From positions 1 through 53,271 of the IMG/VR virus record IMGVR_UViG_3300034374_002820: a stretch of DNA of 53,271 bases, one strand, 5' to 3'. Under the pieces are notes generated by a model. That model did not search any database, was not told the DNA's origin, and worked only from the letters and a program-made list of their open reading frames with translations. Position 1 is the stretch's first letter, and the number at the start of each line of letters is the position of its first letter. Shown here in pieces: positions 18,552-27,035 of this stretch. The DNA is from a virus. Its lineage: Duplodnaviria; Caudoviricetes. The translations under genes and the position numbers were made by a program.

Positions 18552-19515
18552 CTACCATTTCCCTGATCATTCGTTCAAAGCCAATCGTTGGCTCCCACCC
18601 TAATTCATATCGTGCCTTGTCTGCATTTCCACAAAGCCTCGTGACATCATTAGGTCTGAGATCTACCGGTGTATTATGTTCCACGATTTCTGTCCAATCC
18701 TGTATTCCAATATGATTGAACGCCACGTCCAGAAGATCTCGAATGGATCGGGTAACTCCCGTTGCCAGAACGTAATCGTCTGGATCTTGTTTGTCAAGCA
18801 TCATCATCATGCCCCTCACATAATCAGGTGCCCAGCCCCAGTCCCTGACTGATTCGATGTTACCGAGCTTGAGCTTCTGGCCTGTGGTAGGGACATATCG
18901 TTTGTAGTCTGCCACGAATGCTGTCACCTTACGTGTCACAAAATCTTTACCACGTCTGGAACTCTCGTGGTTGAACAGGATACCTGAACATGCAAACAAC
19001 CCATATGATTCTCGGTAAACCCTGACCATATGATGAGCCGCTGTCTTGGCAACACCGTAAGGAGATGCAGGGCTAAGTGTGGTGCGTTCAGATGCCATAC
19101 CTGATGCCACCGTTCCAAACATCTCAGATGTTGATGCCTGATAAAACTTGGTATGTGGGGATGTGAGTCGAATTGCTTCGAGCATTCCGAGTACTGCGTT
19201 GGCATTCACGTCAAAGGTTGTATCAGGATTTTCAAAGCTGTATCCAACATGACTCTGTGCTGCCAGATTATAGAACTCGTTGGGTTGTTCCTTTTTAATT
19301 AACGACATCATAAAAGAGGTGTCGCAAATATCTCCCTCAATCTCTCGGTACTCTGAGTCGTAGTGTACGGGACCTCGATCATATTTAGATGAATGACGGC
19401 GGCTTATACCAGTAACTTGGTAACCCCTGTCGAGCAACATTCTGCTTAGGTAGTAACCATCTTGTCCCTGTACACCAGTGACGATGGCTCGTTGGTTTAG
19501 CTGTGCTTTTGACAT
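18529..19515 (-). CDS. gmd: GDP-mannose 4,6-dehydratase
   Basis: TGVQGQDGYYL, YNLAAQSHV, FYQASTSEMFG, SPYGVAK, GILFNHES.RRG..FVTRK, LGN....RDWG. Confidence 0.93.
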   Translation of the reverse strand: MSKAQLNQRAIVTGVQGQDGYYLSRMLLDRGYQVTGISRRHSSKYDRGPVHYDSEYREIEGDICDTSFMMSLIKKEQPNEFYNLAAQSHVGYSFENPDTTFDVNANAVLGMLEAIRLTSPHTKFYQASTSEMFGTVASGMASERTTLSPASPYGVAKTAAHHMVRVYRESYGLFACSGILFNHESSRRGKDFVTRKVTAFVADYKRYVPTTGQKLKLGNIESVRDWGWAPDYVRGMMMMLDKQDPDDYVLATGVTRSIRDLLDVAFNHIGIQDWTEIVEHNTPVDLRPNDVTRLCGNADKARYELGWEPTIGFERMIREMVDAEKPLW

Positions 19516-19517
19516 GT

Positions 19518-21218
19518 TTAAAAACCTTCATGTGTTGTGTCATTGATGTCATCAAATACTTCGGACATTCTCCCGGTCTCTTTACACCAGAGAAGTTTAC
19601 TGCCGGGGCCTGACTCACCAGAGAACCGGTTCTTCAGAACCCTTAGCTGCGTAGTGTTTCTGGCGATAGGGTCTTCTGCTTGGCTGTCCCGTTCCAGACC
19701 GATGACGATATCTGAAAGCTGACCAATACCAGCGGAGCCTCGTAGCTGCGAAAGCGTGGTGACTCCACCAATTTCATGGCCACCACCCTGTGGCCTCTTG
19801 AGATGTGAAACAATAAACAATGCAATATTAGTTTCTTGCACCAGCATTCTCAGCTTTGTAACAATTTCATCCAGTGCTTTCCGTTCATCACCATTTTCTT
19901 GGGACGATACGATGATCGAGATGTGATCAAGGAAAATGTACTGGCACTCTAAACCTTTGGCCATATACCGGATACGGTTGATGATATTATCGATCTCGGT
20001 TGATCCGAAATGATCATACAGATACACACGTCCAGAGCCCACGGTATTTTTAAAAGATGTTCTCATCTCATCCTTGGTATACGTGGTAGTCGGTAGATGG
20101 AATTGTTTGTTCGCATCAATAGACATGAGCCCCAGACCAGTACGCCTGATGCTTTCTTCCATAAACAAAGCACCCACTTTCTCGTCGGTATTTTGTAGGA
20201 TGTGATAGATAATTTCTCTGAGGATGGCAGACTTACCAATGCCTGATCCGGCAGTGACTGTGACAAGCTCACCTTTACGAATGCCATATGTCAGATCATT
20301 GAGGGCCTGCCATGGGTAGTCGATTGATTCGTTAGTCAACTCGGTACTGACAATGTCCCAGATGTCTGTGCCACAGATGATACCATCAGGACTGATTGGC
20401 TTTGCTTCCCACCATTCTCGACTGAATGTTGAACTGTCATTGGCGTTGAGATATTCACAAGGATCTTTACGATGCATGGGCATGATCAGGCACTGACCTA
20501 CCTCAAAGATCTGACTTAGTTTCTCTGCGGCTTCCTTGCCCGGTTTGTCATTGTCCAAGGCCAAGACAACCTTGTCGTACTGATTAAAGAACTCTAGATT
20601 TTTCCTGATATCTTTCTCGGCTGAGTTCGCACCAGACTTCAGGGATACGACAGGCCACTTTGATCCGAGCATTTGGTAAGCAGCAAGGGCATCAAGTTCT
20701 CCCTCGACAAGAGTGATGTACTTACCCTTGCCAGAGAATAACTGCTGTCCAAACAAAGATGAATCAGAGAACGATCCGTTATCGGATGTCATGATCGAGA
20801 ACGATTTATTCTCCACGTCTCTTTTCTTATATGCGAGAACTTTCTGTCCGTTATAATCGTAGTAAGGGTAAGCATGGCTGACGATGTTACCGTCGGTATC
20901 TTTACGAACTTTAACACCATACTTTTTCGCTGTTTCTAAACTGATACCCCGATCAGGGATAGGTTCAGTTGTGAATTTAGAGTTCATCCTTTCTCCTTTT
21001 GATTCCTGAATATGATTACGAGAGTGCGGTACATAATCTGGCCTAGTATCTGACAGCATGTCTGTCTTTTTACAGACAAAGCAGTGAAAGTGTGAACCAA
21101 TGTCTCCATTCTCGTGAGTATCTCTATACTCGGAGTTCCCATCTGAACTCCCACAGTTTGTGCAGGGTAAATGTCGTACAAAAACTGAGTCTGTTATTGG
21201 GTTATTTCTCGGCATCAT
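19518..21218 (-). CDS. DNA primase-helicase (T7 gp4-like)
   Basis: N-terminal CxxC zinc finger, TOPRIM (EGELDA, DND..G), Walker A AGSGIGKS, LDHISI, VSHLKR, LRGSA. Confidence 0.95.
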   Translation of the reverse strand: MMPRNNPITDSVFVRHLPCTNCGSSDGNSEYRDTHENGDIGSHFHCFVCKKTDMLSDTRPDYVPHSRNHIQESKGERMNSKFTTEPIPDRGISLETAKKYGVKVRKDTDGNIVSHAYPYYDYNGQKVLAYKKRDVENKSFSIMTSDNGSFSDSSLFGQQLFSGKGKYITLVEGELDALAAYQMLGSKWPVVSLKSGANSAEKDIRKNLEFFNQYDKVVLALDNDKPGKEAAEKLSQIFEVGQCLIMPMHRKDPCEYLNANDSSTFSREWWEAKPISPDGIICGTDIWDIVSTELTNESIDYPWQALNDLTYGIRKGELVTVTAGSGIGKSAILREIIYHILQNTDEKVGALFMEESIRRTGLGLMSIDANKQFHLPTTTYTKDEMRTSFKNTVGSGRVYLYDHFGSTEIDNIINRIRYMAKGLECQYIFLDHISIIVSSQENGDERKALDEIVTKLRMLVQETNIALFIVSHLKRPQGGGHEIGGVTTLSQLRGSAGIGQLSDIVIGLERDSQAEDPIARNTTQLRVLKNRFSGESGPGSKLLWCKETGRMSEVFDDINDTTHEGF

Positions 21219-21516
21219 AGTTCCAAAGTGTGCTTGCTATATCATGAATCATTACTTGAACATCACCTACATTACTATTCAGCTCATCAAAGTGTATTGC
21301 ATAGAGCGTAGTTATAGACTTAAACAGATTTTCTAGATTGATTCGTTGGGAATACAGATGGTGTTCCCCAAGGCTCTTCTGCTTTTCCATAGAGGATTCG
21401 TATACTGAAGTGATATCCTCAAGGATAGTCCATGTCTTTAACACGGATGTCTTAACTTGTTCTTGTTTATCCAGCAGTTCACTGAACTGTTTCTTTAACT
21501 CGTCGTTGTTAGTCAT
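21202..21516 (-). CDS. Hypothetical protein
   Basis: 104-aa helical ORF in operon orientation with AAGGA RBS. Confidence 0.6.
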   Translation of the reverse strand: MTNNDELKKQFSELLDKQEQVKTSVLKTWTILEDITSVYESSMEKQKSLGEHHLYSQRINLENLFKSITTLYAIHFDELNSNVGDVQVMIHDIASTLWNYDAEK

Positions 21517-21570
21517 GATTAATTCTGATCCTTTGATTATGTTAGTGCTGTGATTTTGTGGTAGCAGATG

Positions 21571-21647
21571 TGGTGAACACTGTAGGACTCGAACCTACGA
21601 CCTGCGGCTTAGAAGGCCGCTGCTCTATCCAACTGAGCTAAGTGTCC
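21571..21647 (-). tRNA. tRNA-Arg, anticodon UCU, with encoded CCA
   Basis: GGACACT TAGCTCAGTTGGATAGAGC A GCGGC CTTCTAA GCCGC AGGTC GTAGG TTCGAGT CCTAC AGTGTTC ACCA folds into a complete cloverleaf. Confidence 0.95.
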
Positions 21648-22324
21648 GAATTACTAAAGGCCGTGTATGGGATGTTAGGGCATTGTTCAATAAGAATCTT
21701 CTTGCATTTCTCTGCGATTACCCTGTGTTCTTTCTGCGTCTCGGGGCCGGAGCGCAGGGCAACATAGTGAATCCAAGACCGGAGTGTACCATGCATGAAG
21801 AGCCTTGTCGAGACCAAACCTTCAGGCAGAATTGCCCGGGCCTGCTCTTTGGCGATGCCATGTTCCAAGGCCCAGCGATATGCTTTGCCTGCTGCCTCGA
21901 CTACATCGTACATCTGGAATCCCCACTGCTCTGAGAGCTTCTGATGTTCTTCGTTCTCATAGTCAAGTTCAATAGAATTCTGGCGGTTCTTATTATCCTG
22001 AAGCCGGGCTGCTCTTTTTTCCCAGAGACAATTAGGGTGCATCTCAAACGATGTCTTGGCATATCGCTGTGAGAATTCCTGAAAGGAAAACGAGCGATGC
22101 CTTAACATTTGCCGTGAGATATCTCGGGTCGTTGAGATATCCATACACATCGAGACCATCTCAAACGGTGACCAATGTTCATGGTCAATGAGGTACTGTA
22201 GAAGACGCCCATCAGATTTATTCTGGGACTCTGGGTTAGAAACTCTGGCATAATAGAGCACTGATTCCTCCGGGGTTTTACCCGGTATCGTGGATATGTG
22301 GGATAGATTCACTGAGATTGGCAT
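21638..22324 (-). CDS. thyX: Flavin-dependent thymidylate synthase
   Basis: ARVS, HWSPFE, RHRSFSFQEFSQRY, EQARAILP, TQKEHR; start reassigned to ATG 22324 behind AAGGAG. Confidence 0.93.
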   Translation of the reverse strand: MPISVNLSHISTIPGKTPEESVLYYARVSNPESQNKSDGRLLQYLIDHEHWSPFEMVSMCMDISTTRDISRQMLRHRSFSFQEFSQRYAKTSFEMHPNCLWEKRAARLQDNKNRQNSIELDYENEEHQKLSEQWGFQMYDVVEAAGKAYRWALEHGIAKEQARAILPEGLVSTRLFMHGTLRSWIHYVALRSGPETQKEHRVIAEKCKKILIEQCPNIPYTAFSNSDT

Positions 22325-22370
22325 GTGGTCTTTGACTCCTTGGTGTTGGGTGTGACCCTGAGTATCACAG

Positions 22371-22399
22371 TTGACAGGGTGGTTCATGTGTGTTAGGCT
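22371..22399 (+). promoter_or_regulatory. Sigma70-like promoter pointing antisense to the early operon
   Basis: TTGACA-17 bp-TAGGCT. Confidence 0.5.
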
Positions 22400-22438
22400 A
22401 GGCAGGAACCCCGGGAGGTACTAGGTATATCTAGAATA

Positions 22439-22561
22439 TACCACGGATACCACGGATAGCTCTGAGTAGCTCTGAGTAGCTCTGAGTATCTTGGATAGTG
22501 TACCTTATTATTCCTTACTCTCTAGCTAAGGTTTCTAGAATTTCTAGGATTCTCAGAGCTA
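22439..22561. repeat. Iteron-like repeats in a non-coding gap (candidate origin)
   Basis: taccacgga x2, tagctctgag x3 (22457-22486), inverted copy ctcagagcta (22552-22561). Confidence 0.7.
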
Positions 22562-22721
22562 CCTCTAGCTACTCCTAGATCAGGCGGGTGTTTATAAAAG
22601 ATGTTATGTTAGTGGTGGTGGGATGTTGTGGTTCACCATCCGAGATGTTCATGGGGGTACTGGGGTGTGATTCTAAGGGGTGCTGGGTAAGCCAAAGGAT
22701 CTTTGTGGTACGTGGGTACCA

Positions 22722-23153
22722 CTAAGTGTGAAACACATGTCTCAGCCCGTAGCTCTGTATCATGTGGCGGCATATGATACAGGGTTTCGATGATACTGTG
22801 TCACCATCCTTGTTGAATCGGACGACCAAGATGTCGGCGTCATAAACTGATTCAGGACCCCCATGTTTGTTCATGGCTTTAATCAGGGCATCGGTCTCAG
22901 CATGTAAATAGATCTTATGATCTTTCCCAAGTCTCTTGGCCCAGTATGCCTGTATGGGGTGTGTCTTAAGTTTATTGCGACCCAGAGACAGGGTTCTGCC
23001 TCTGGGTCCAATGATCATTGCAACATGGTTTTGAAAAGGGACTTTTGTCCCCTGTGTTTCTTTCTGTGTGATCCTACGGTCACTGGCATACTCCCTTAGT
23101 TTATTAATGTGCCCCTGATATATATCGTCATCCTCTCGCATAAGATGGATCAT
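22722..23153 (-). CDS. Zinc-dependent cytidine/deoxycytidylate deaminase-family protein
   Basis: HAE...SKPCIIC signature. Confidence 0.85.
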   Translation of the reverse strand: MIHLMREDDDIYQGHINKLREYASDRRITQKETQGTKVPFQNHVAMIIGPRGRTLSLGRNKLKTHPIQAYWAKRLGKDHKIYLHAETDALIKAMNKHGGPESVYDADILVVRFNKDGDTVSSKPCIICRHMIQSYGLRHVFHT

Positions 23154-23317
23154 CTGATATTCCCCAGACCAGAATAGAACTTATCAAGATCAGACAGGAA
23201 GTCGTTAATCTCAGTAAGACTAAGTTGCTCATAAGGTGTGGCTGATACAGTCTCGATATAGTCCCTGACCAGATCAGAGTGTACTTCTGTGCCCTCAGGC
23301 TGTTCTTTGTTTGTCAT
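23150..23317 (-). CDS. Small hypothetical protein (55 aa, not in ORF track)
   Basis: MTNKEQPEG...; ATGA overlap with the deaminase start. Confidence 0.55.
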   Translation of the reverse strand: MTNKEQPEGTEVHSDLVRDYIETVSATPYEQLSLTEINDFLSDLDKFYSGLGNIR

Positions 23318-23322
23318 TCTAT

Positions 23323-23493
23323 CTATCCAATTTCCGATAGTTTATTTCTAAAAAGCGATGTTCCAGAAGGACTCACATGTTGCTCATACCACATATAAGC
23401 ATAAGACTCCCCCCATTTATCTGTGAATTGTTTATATGTCATGTCATGTGCATCGTCTTCCATATCCATTAGCAAGCTTTTGACTTTTCCCAT
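23323..23493 (-). CDS. Small hypothetical protein (56 aa, not in ORF track)
   Basis: MGKVKSLLMDMEDD...; GGAGG RBS. Confidence 0.65.
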   Translation of the reverse strand: MGKVKSLLMDMEDDAHDMTYKQFTDKWGESYAYMWYEQHVSPSGTSLFRNKLSEIG

Positions 23494-23497
23494 AATC

Positions 23498-23572
23498 CTA
23501 CCTCCGAGGCATGTTGGTGTTGATGATAAAAAACAGGATGATCGCAGGGATAATGAACAAGAATAAATCCAT
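23498..23572 (-). CDS. Hydrophobic micropeptide (24 aa)
   Basis: MDLFLFIIPAIILFFIINTNMPRR; TAATG-coupled to the DUF932 stop and fills the gap exactly. Confidence 0.5.
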   Translation of the reverse strand: MDLFLFIIPAIILFFIINTNMPRR

Positions 23573-24474
23573 TATGCTGCGATCCCACTTTGGCTATCAT
23601 TGGTCAAGGTCTTCCAAGCATCAGACTTGATCCATGAATTAACCCGAGTATTGCGTCGATCCAGACGCTCATGGTGTGTGTCATTAGCAGAACGACTAAG
23701 GCCAAATCGCTCTGAATCGTGGGATGCAAAGAATGTCATGGCGCTATACAGAGACCAGAGATTATTACCACGTACTTGGGCCTCATCAATATACTGGTCA
23801 TATAGCTTGTGACCCATACGATTGAGCCTGATACGTTCCGTAGAAGAATGCATATGACCAAGATCATCAGGATCCTCTTGTTTATTCGGGAGAATCTTTT
23901 CGATAAACCTAAGCGCATCGGAATTTTTGAGTGGCGTATTGGCCATGATGTTATAACGGGTCACCTGATTTGAATACTGGGCCAATGCCTGACCAAGAAT
24001 CCCTTCCATGTTTGGGATCTCATGCGACCCTTTGTGAACCCGTTTGAATACGTCGAACTCACCATGGATCATTCCATTGGTGCAAAAAAAATCGATAGCT
24101 CCGAACAAGACCTTATTAGAACCGGAACCGTCAAAGCTATTGTCAACGATAATACGGAACCCCAATTTGGTCTCGTGTTTATCGTTCTTAATCTGGCGCT
24201 CAATATCGGGGAACACATATTCCCGCCAAGTCCGAGCATAGCCCCGGCTCTGATGGTTAATCACATGGTAGTTCTGGTGGGGAAGCTCATTGTCAATGGC
24301 TCCTTCGACCTTGTCGAATACCTCTGGATTAGAGATAACCCGGAACTTGGAACCCACAATGCCAAGGACATTGTTTGTCTCCGGATGTAGGATTGCCTTG
24401 TGATTAGGACATTCCCCGTGAACCGTTGAAATGTTATGGACAACGGGTTCGAAATCGAGATCGATGACACTCAT
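23572..24474 (-). CDS. DUF932/DUF945-family early protein
   Basis: LGIVGSKF.VI.N, NSFDGS, FCTNGM, RVHKG, NLWSLYSAMT motifs. Confidence 0.8.
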   Translation of the reverse strand: MSVIDLDFEPVVHNISTVHGECPNHKAILHPETNNVLGIVGSKFRVISNPEVFDKVEGAIDNELPHQNYHVINHQSRGYARTWREYVFPDIERQIKNDKHETKLGFRIIVDNSFDGSGSNKVLFGAIDFFCTNGMIHGEFDVFKRVHKGSHEIPNMEGILGQALAQYSNQVTRYNIMANTPLKNSDALRFIEKILPNKQEDPDDLGHMHSSTERIRLNRMGHKLYDQYIDEAQVRGNNLWSLYSAMTFFASHDSERFGLSRSANDTHHERLDRRNTRVNSWIKSDAWKTLTNDSQSGIAA

Positions 24475-24489
24475 GATATTATTAGCTCC

Positions 24490-25146
24490 TTAGTGTTGTG
24501 GATAAGAAACGTTGGGAATCTTATGATCCCAACAAGCACGACATGTATCACACTTACCGTCTCTTGTATAGGCTTCACATGTAAACCCTACAGGCTCTGT
24601 AGAACTACTATGAACCGTGGAAGTATGTGTGAACTTTGCATAGTCCAACGGGGGCTGGTCTATGTTAGGCGATGATACCCGGACTACCATGTTGTCAGGG
24701 ATAGGCTCATTGAAAGCCCTGATAATCCGATACTCTTTTGTAGGAAGCCAGAACTTAATATCGGGTAACTGGGTAGCGATGAAGATCCAGTCACGAAGCA
24801 TCTGGACACTCTGAATATCCCCGGAATCGAAGATGCGGAAATACTTAGATTCTTCTGGGGAATCTTGTGGGATACGCTTCCTGACTAGCTCAATCATAGC
24901 GTTGCGCCATTTGATATTGTTCCGATTATAACCAGCGATCCGGTTATTATGGGACGTTACCACGGATTCATATAGGTAATTACCCCGGAGTGCATAGCAC
25001 TTGTGGCATACAGAACCCTTGATCTTAACAAGGTTACCCCCGGTCTTACACAGTTTTGCACTGATACCCCACGAAGGCCCCGGCATTTTACTGGGACGAC
25101 CAAGGTCAGATCCCACATACTCTTTGAGAACTTTAAGTGTTGTCAT
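24490..25146 (-). CDS. GP88-family phage protein (Cys-rich, radical-SAM-like)
   Basis: SKMPG..W, C..G......GSVCHKCYA, YFRIFDSGD, FWLPTKE, C-terminal CDTCRACW. Confidence 0.75.
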   Translation of the reverse strand: MTTLKVLKEYVGSDLGRPSKMPGPSWGISAKLCKTGGNLVKIKGSVCHKCYALRGNYLYESVVTSHNNRIAGYNRNNIKWRNAMIELVRKRIPQDSPEESKYFRIFDSGDIQSVQMLRDWIFIATQLPDIKFWLPTKEYRIIRAFNEPIPDNMVVRVSSPNIDQPPLDYAKFTHTSTVHSSSTEPVGFTCEAYTRDGKCDTCRACWDHKIPNVSYPQH

Positions 25147-25442
25147 TAGTGTGCTCCATATTTAACTGGCATTGCCTTGAATAAATACTCTGATTCATTG
25201 TTATGGTGTACTTCGATAGTACGATACTGGGGATAATCTTTGGCGACATCCTCGATTGATTCATAAAGATCCGCATTGACATTGTACATGCCGCCTTCCC
25301 CATGTCCACCACATTGAGTGCAGGGTACTAAACAATCCGTAATCCATGGTCCGTTCTGATTAACAGATCCACGTCGAACCGTGTATTCCCCGGTCCCTTC
25401 GCAGTGTTCGCAATTAAATATGATGCAGTATTCCATGGTCAC
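25146..25442 (-). CDS. Small zinc-finger protein (CxxCxGxG repeats)
   Basis: CEHCEGTG and CTQCGGHG. Confidence 0.7.
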   Translation of the reverse strand: MTMEYCIIFNCEHCEGTGEYTVRRGSVNQNGPWITDCLVPCTQCGGHGEGGMYNVNADLYESIEDVAKDYPQYRTIEVHHNNESEYLFKAMPVKYGAH

Positions 25443-25591
25443 TTAACTCCAATTAAGTTTTCTAATTCATTTTTGTTAGGCAAAGCCTCAATTTCCACTG
25501 TCTGTTCCGCAGATTCTGATTTAGGTTTCATGGCATAGCAATGGATGATGCGGGGTTCCGTTTTAGCAAACTCACAAACGTTACGTTCCAT
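25439..25591 (-). CDS. Small hypothetical protein (50 aa, not in ORF track)
   Basis: MERNVCEFAK...; fills the gap with GTGA overlap and upstream AGGAG. Confidence 0.5.
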   Translation of the reverse strand: MERNVCEFAKTEPRIIHCYAMKPKSESAEQTVEIEALPNKNELENLIGVK

Positions 25592-25592
25592 G

Positions 25593-25802
25593 TTATTTAA
25601 CTCCTTTGATAAGATCGTTTTCCATGGTCACTTCTGCAAAGAACTCACGTCCTAATCCGGTAATGTGGGGCCTATTGGCCACAATGATTACACCATTGGA
25701 CTTGTATTCCGGACCAAACATACTGGTCTCGATATACCTCAGACGTTTACCGATCTGGGTCTTAAGTTCTTTCTTGGAAGGATAGGTCACTATCATTGTC
25801 AT
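25593..25802 (-). CDS. Conserved phage early protein; first gene of the leftward arm
   Basis: YPSKKELK..IG..L.YIETSMFG.EY motif; AAGGAG RBS. Confidence 0.7.
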   Translation of the reverse strand: MTMIVTYPSKKELKTQIGKRLRYIETSMFGPEYKSNGVIIVANRPHITGLGREFFAEVTMENDLIKGVK

Positions 25803-25898
25803 ATCTCTGATCTCCTTAGAGTTAGTTATTCTAAACCTTGTTTAATCAGATATAAGATTATTATATATCTAGGTGACAAGGCTGGTTTCGATGGGCCA

Positions 25899-25927
25899 AG
25901 TCTGGCAACCCCACGGCACCTTGTCAA
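25899..25927 (-). promoter_or_regulatory. Putative sigma70 early promoter for the leftward arm
   Basis: TTGACA-17 bp-CAGACT about 100 bp upstream of the first early gene. Confidence 0.45.
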
Positions 25928-26079
25928 GCATCTTGTAACCCCTTGTTTTTGCAGGCTTTTTCCCGGCACCGTGGCAAAAACCACACAGTCAAGCGGTTTT
26001 TTTCCGGGCATCTCGGCTGACTAAGTCCCTGACCATAAGTGTTACTTTAATATCACAGTCAATAGAAAAACTAATGTAT

Positions 26080-26263
26080 GTTCTTGTCATGTTCTCATAT
26101 GTTTATCAGGGGATTGTTCACGGTTTGTTCCAAGTTAAACAAGATGTTCACGGTTTGTTCCCGGAGTTTTATTAAAGTTTGTTCATGGTTTGTTCCACAA
26201 CATGGGGATATGTTCACGGTTTGTTCTTAAACACCATGATCAAAGTTTGTTCACGATATGTTC
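26080..26263 (+). promoter_or_regulatory. Array of six GTTC-N7-GTTC boxes (alphaproteobacterial LexA/SOS consensus)
   Basis: Boxes start at 26080, 26116, 26146, 26181, 26212 and 26249; three are exactly GTTCACGGTTTGTTC. Confidence 0.75.
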
Positions 26264-26338
26264 TGAGGACATGTTCAGGTTAGTCTGCTGATAAAATAAG
26301 AAACGTTCATTATAAAATCATATAGATATATATATATA

Positions 26339-26387
26339 ATTGTAATTAAGAATCATTCTCATTGTAATTAAGAACTATTCTCATTGT
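26339..26387. repeat. 22-bp tandem repeat, each unit with a Fur/Irr-like palindrome, next to an AT-rich tract
   Basis: attgtaattaagaatcattctc / attgtaattaagaactattctc; preceded by a (TA)n tract. Confidence 0.6.
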
Positions 26388-26489
26388 GATATAAATGTTA
26401 CAGTCAAGACAATAAGCCATGCGTCAGACGCATACCAGCCATGCAAAAAAAGCATGTGATTCCCGGGAAACTTCCTGTATAGTCCACTC

Positions 26490-26816
26490 ATGACCAAGCA
26501 GAAGGCCACGGCGGCCCAAGCCGAAAACAATATCAGCACGAACCATTCTGTTGATATTGTTATCACTGTCCCACTCAACGCCTTTGAGCAGGGCGCACCC
26601 TTAAAGGCTACTGGCGACATCCTCGCTGGCCATTGGGTCAACCTATCAGGCAATGCTTCTGTTAGCATTGTAGGCTTGCCGGAAGGCACCGATATAATCG
26701 GCACCTTTAACGGCTTCAAGAAAAGCCTTACACTCCGGCACGTAACAGAACGTGCGGAACCTAAGGCCGCCAAGGAAAAAGCCGAACGCCCCGCAGCAAT
26801 TAAGCTGTTCGGCTAA
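26490..26816 (+). CDS. Hypothetical protein, lone rightward gene inside the control region
   Basis: 108-aa ORF followed by a GC hairpin; no recognisable family. Confidence 0.6.
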   Translation: MTKQKATAAQAENNISTNHSVDIVITVPLNAFEQGAPLKATGDILAGHWVNLSGNASVSIVGLPEGTDIIGTFNGFKKSLTLRHVTERAEPKAAKEKAERPAAIKLFG

Positions 26817-26832
26817 GTTAACCCGCTAAACA

Positions 26833-26859
26833 GCCCGGTCACTTTCACGGTGACCGGGC
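26833..26859 (+). terminator. GC-rich hairpin after the 26490 gene (no clear U-tract)
   Basis: gcccggtcac-tttcacg-gtgaccgggc, perfect 10-bp stem. Confidence 0.45.
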
Positions 26860-26865
26860 GAAAGC

Positions 26866-26928
26866 GTGCCCGGTTTGTTCACGTTTTGTTCTTTATGGTT
26901 TATATCCGGAGATGTTCACGGTTTGTTC
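26866..26928 (+). promoter_or_regulatory. Second cluster of GTTC-N7-GTTC boxes
   Basis: Perfect boxes at 26877-26891 and 26914-26928; degenerate GTGC-N7-GTTC at 26866. Confidence 0.7.
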
Positions 26929-26989
26929 CTTTGAAGATTTGCGGGAGGGAGTCTGGGGAAATGTTCAGGTTAGTCCTGAAGAACAGCGG

Positions 26990-27029
26990 AAAAGAAAAAG
27001 AGAGGGACCCCAGATCTCTCCGGGGCCCC
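26990..27029 (-). terminator. Intrinsic terminator closing the small leftward unit
   Basis: Minus strand GGGGCCCCGG-AGAGAT-CTGGGGTCCC followed by TCTCTTTTTCTTTT. Confidence 0.7.
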
Positions 27030-27035
27030 AGTGTG

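Noticed and set aside
21571-21647. tRNA as an attachment site indicating a prophage
   Set aside because: The tRNA is complete, has no partial duplicate, is flanked by phage genes on both sides, and no integrase is present.
7498-22324. DNA hypermodification pathway
   Set aside because: ThyX looks canonical and no dCMP/dUMP hydroxymethylase, TET/JBP, PurZ or queuosine-pathway genes are recognisable; not excluded, but unsupported.
26080-26263. CRISPR-like mini-array (repeat with variable spacers)
   Set aside because: Repeats are only 15 bp, spacers 15-22 bp and partly similar to each other, and there is no cas operon; a protein-binding-site array fits better.
25665-26773. ORFs 25665..26024, 25826..26011 and 26381..26773
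   Set aside because: They overlap promoter and repeat sequence or lie antisense to a better-supported gene.
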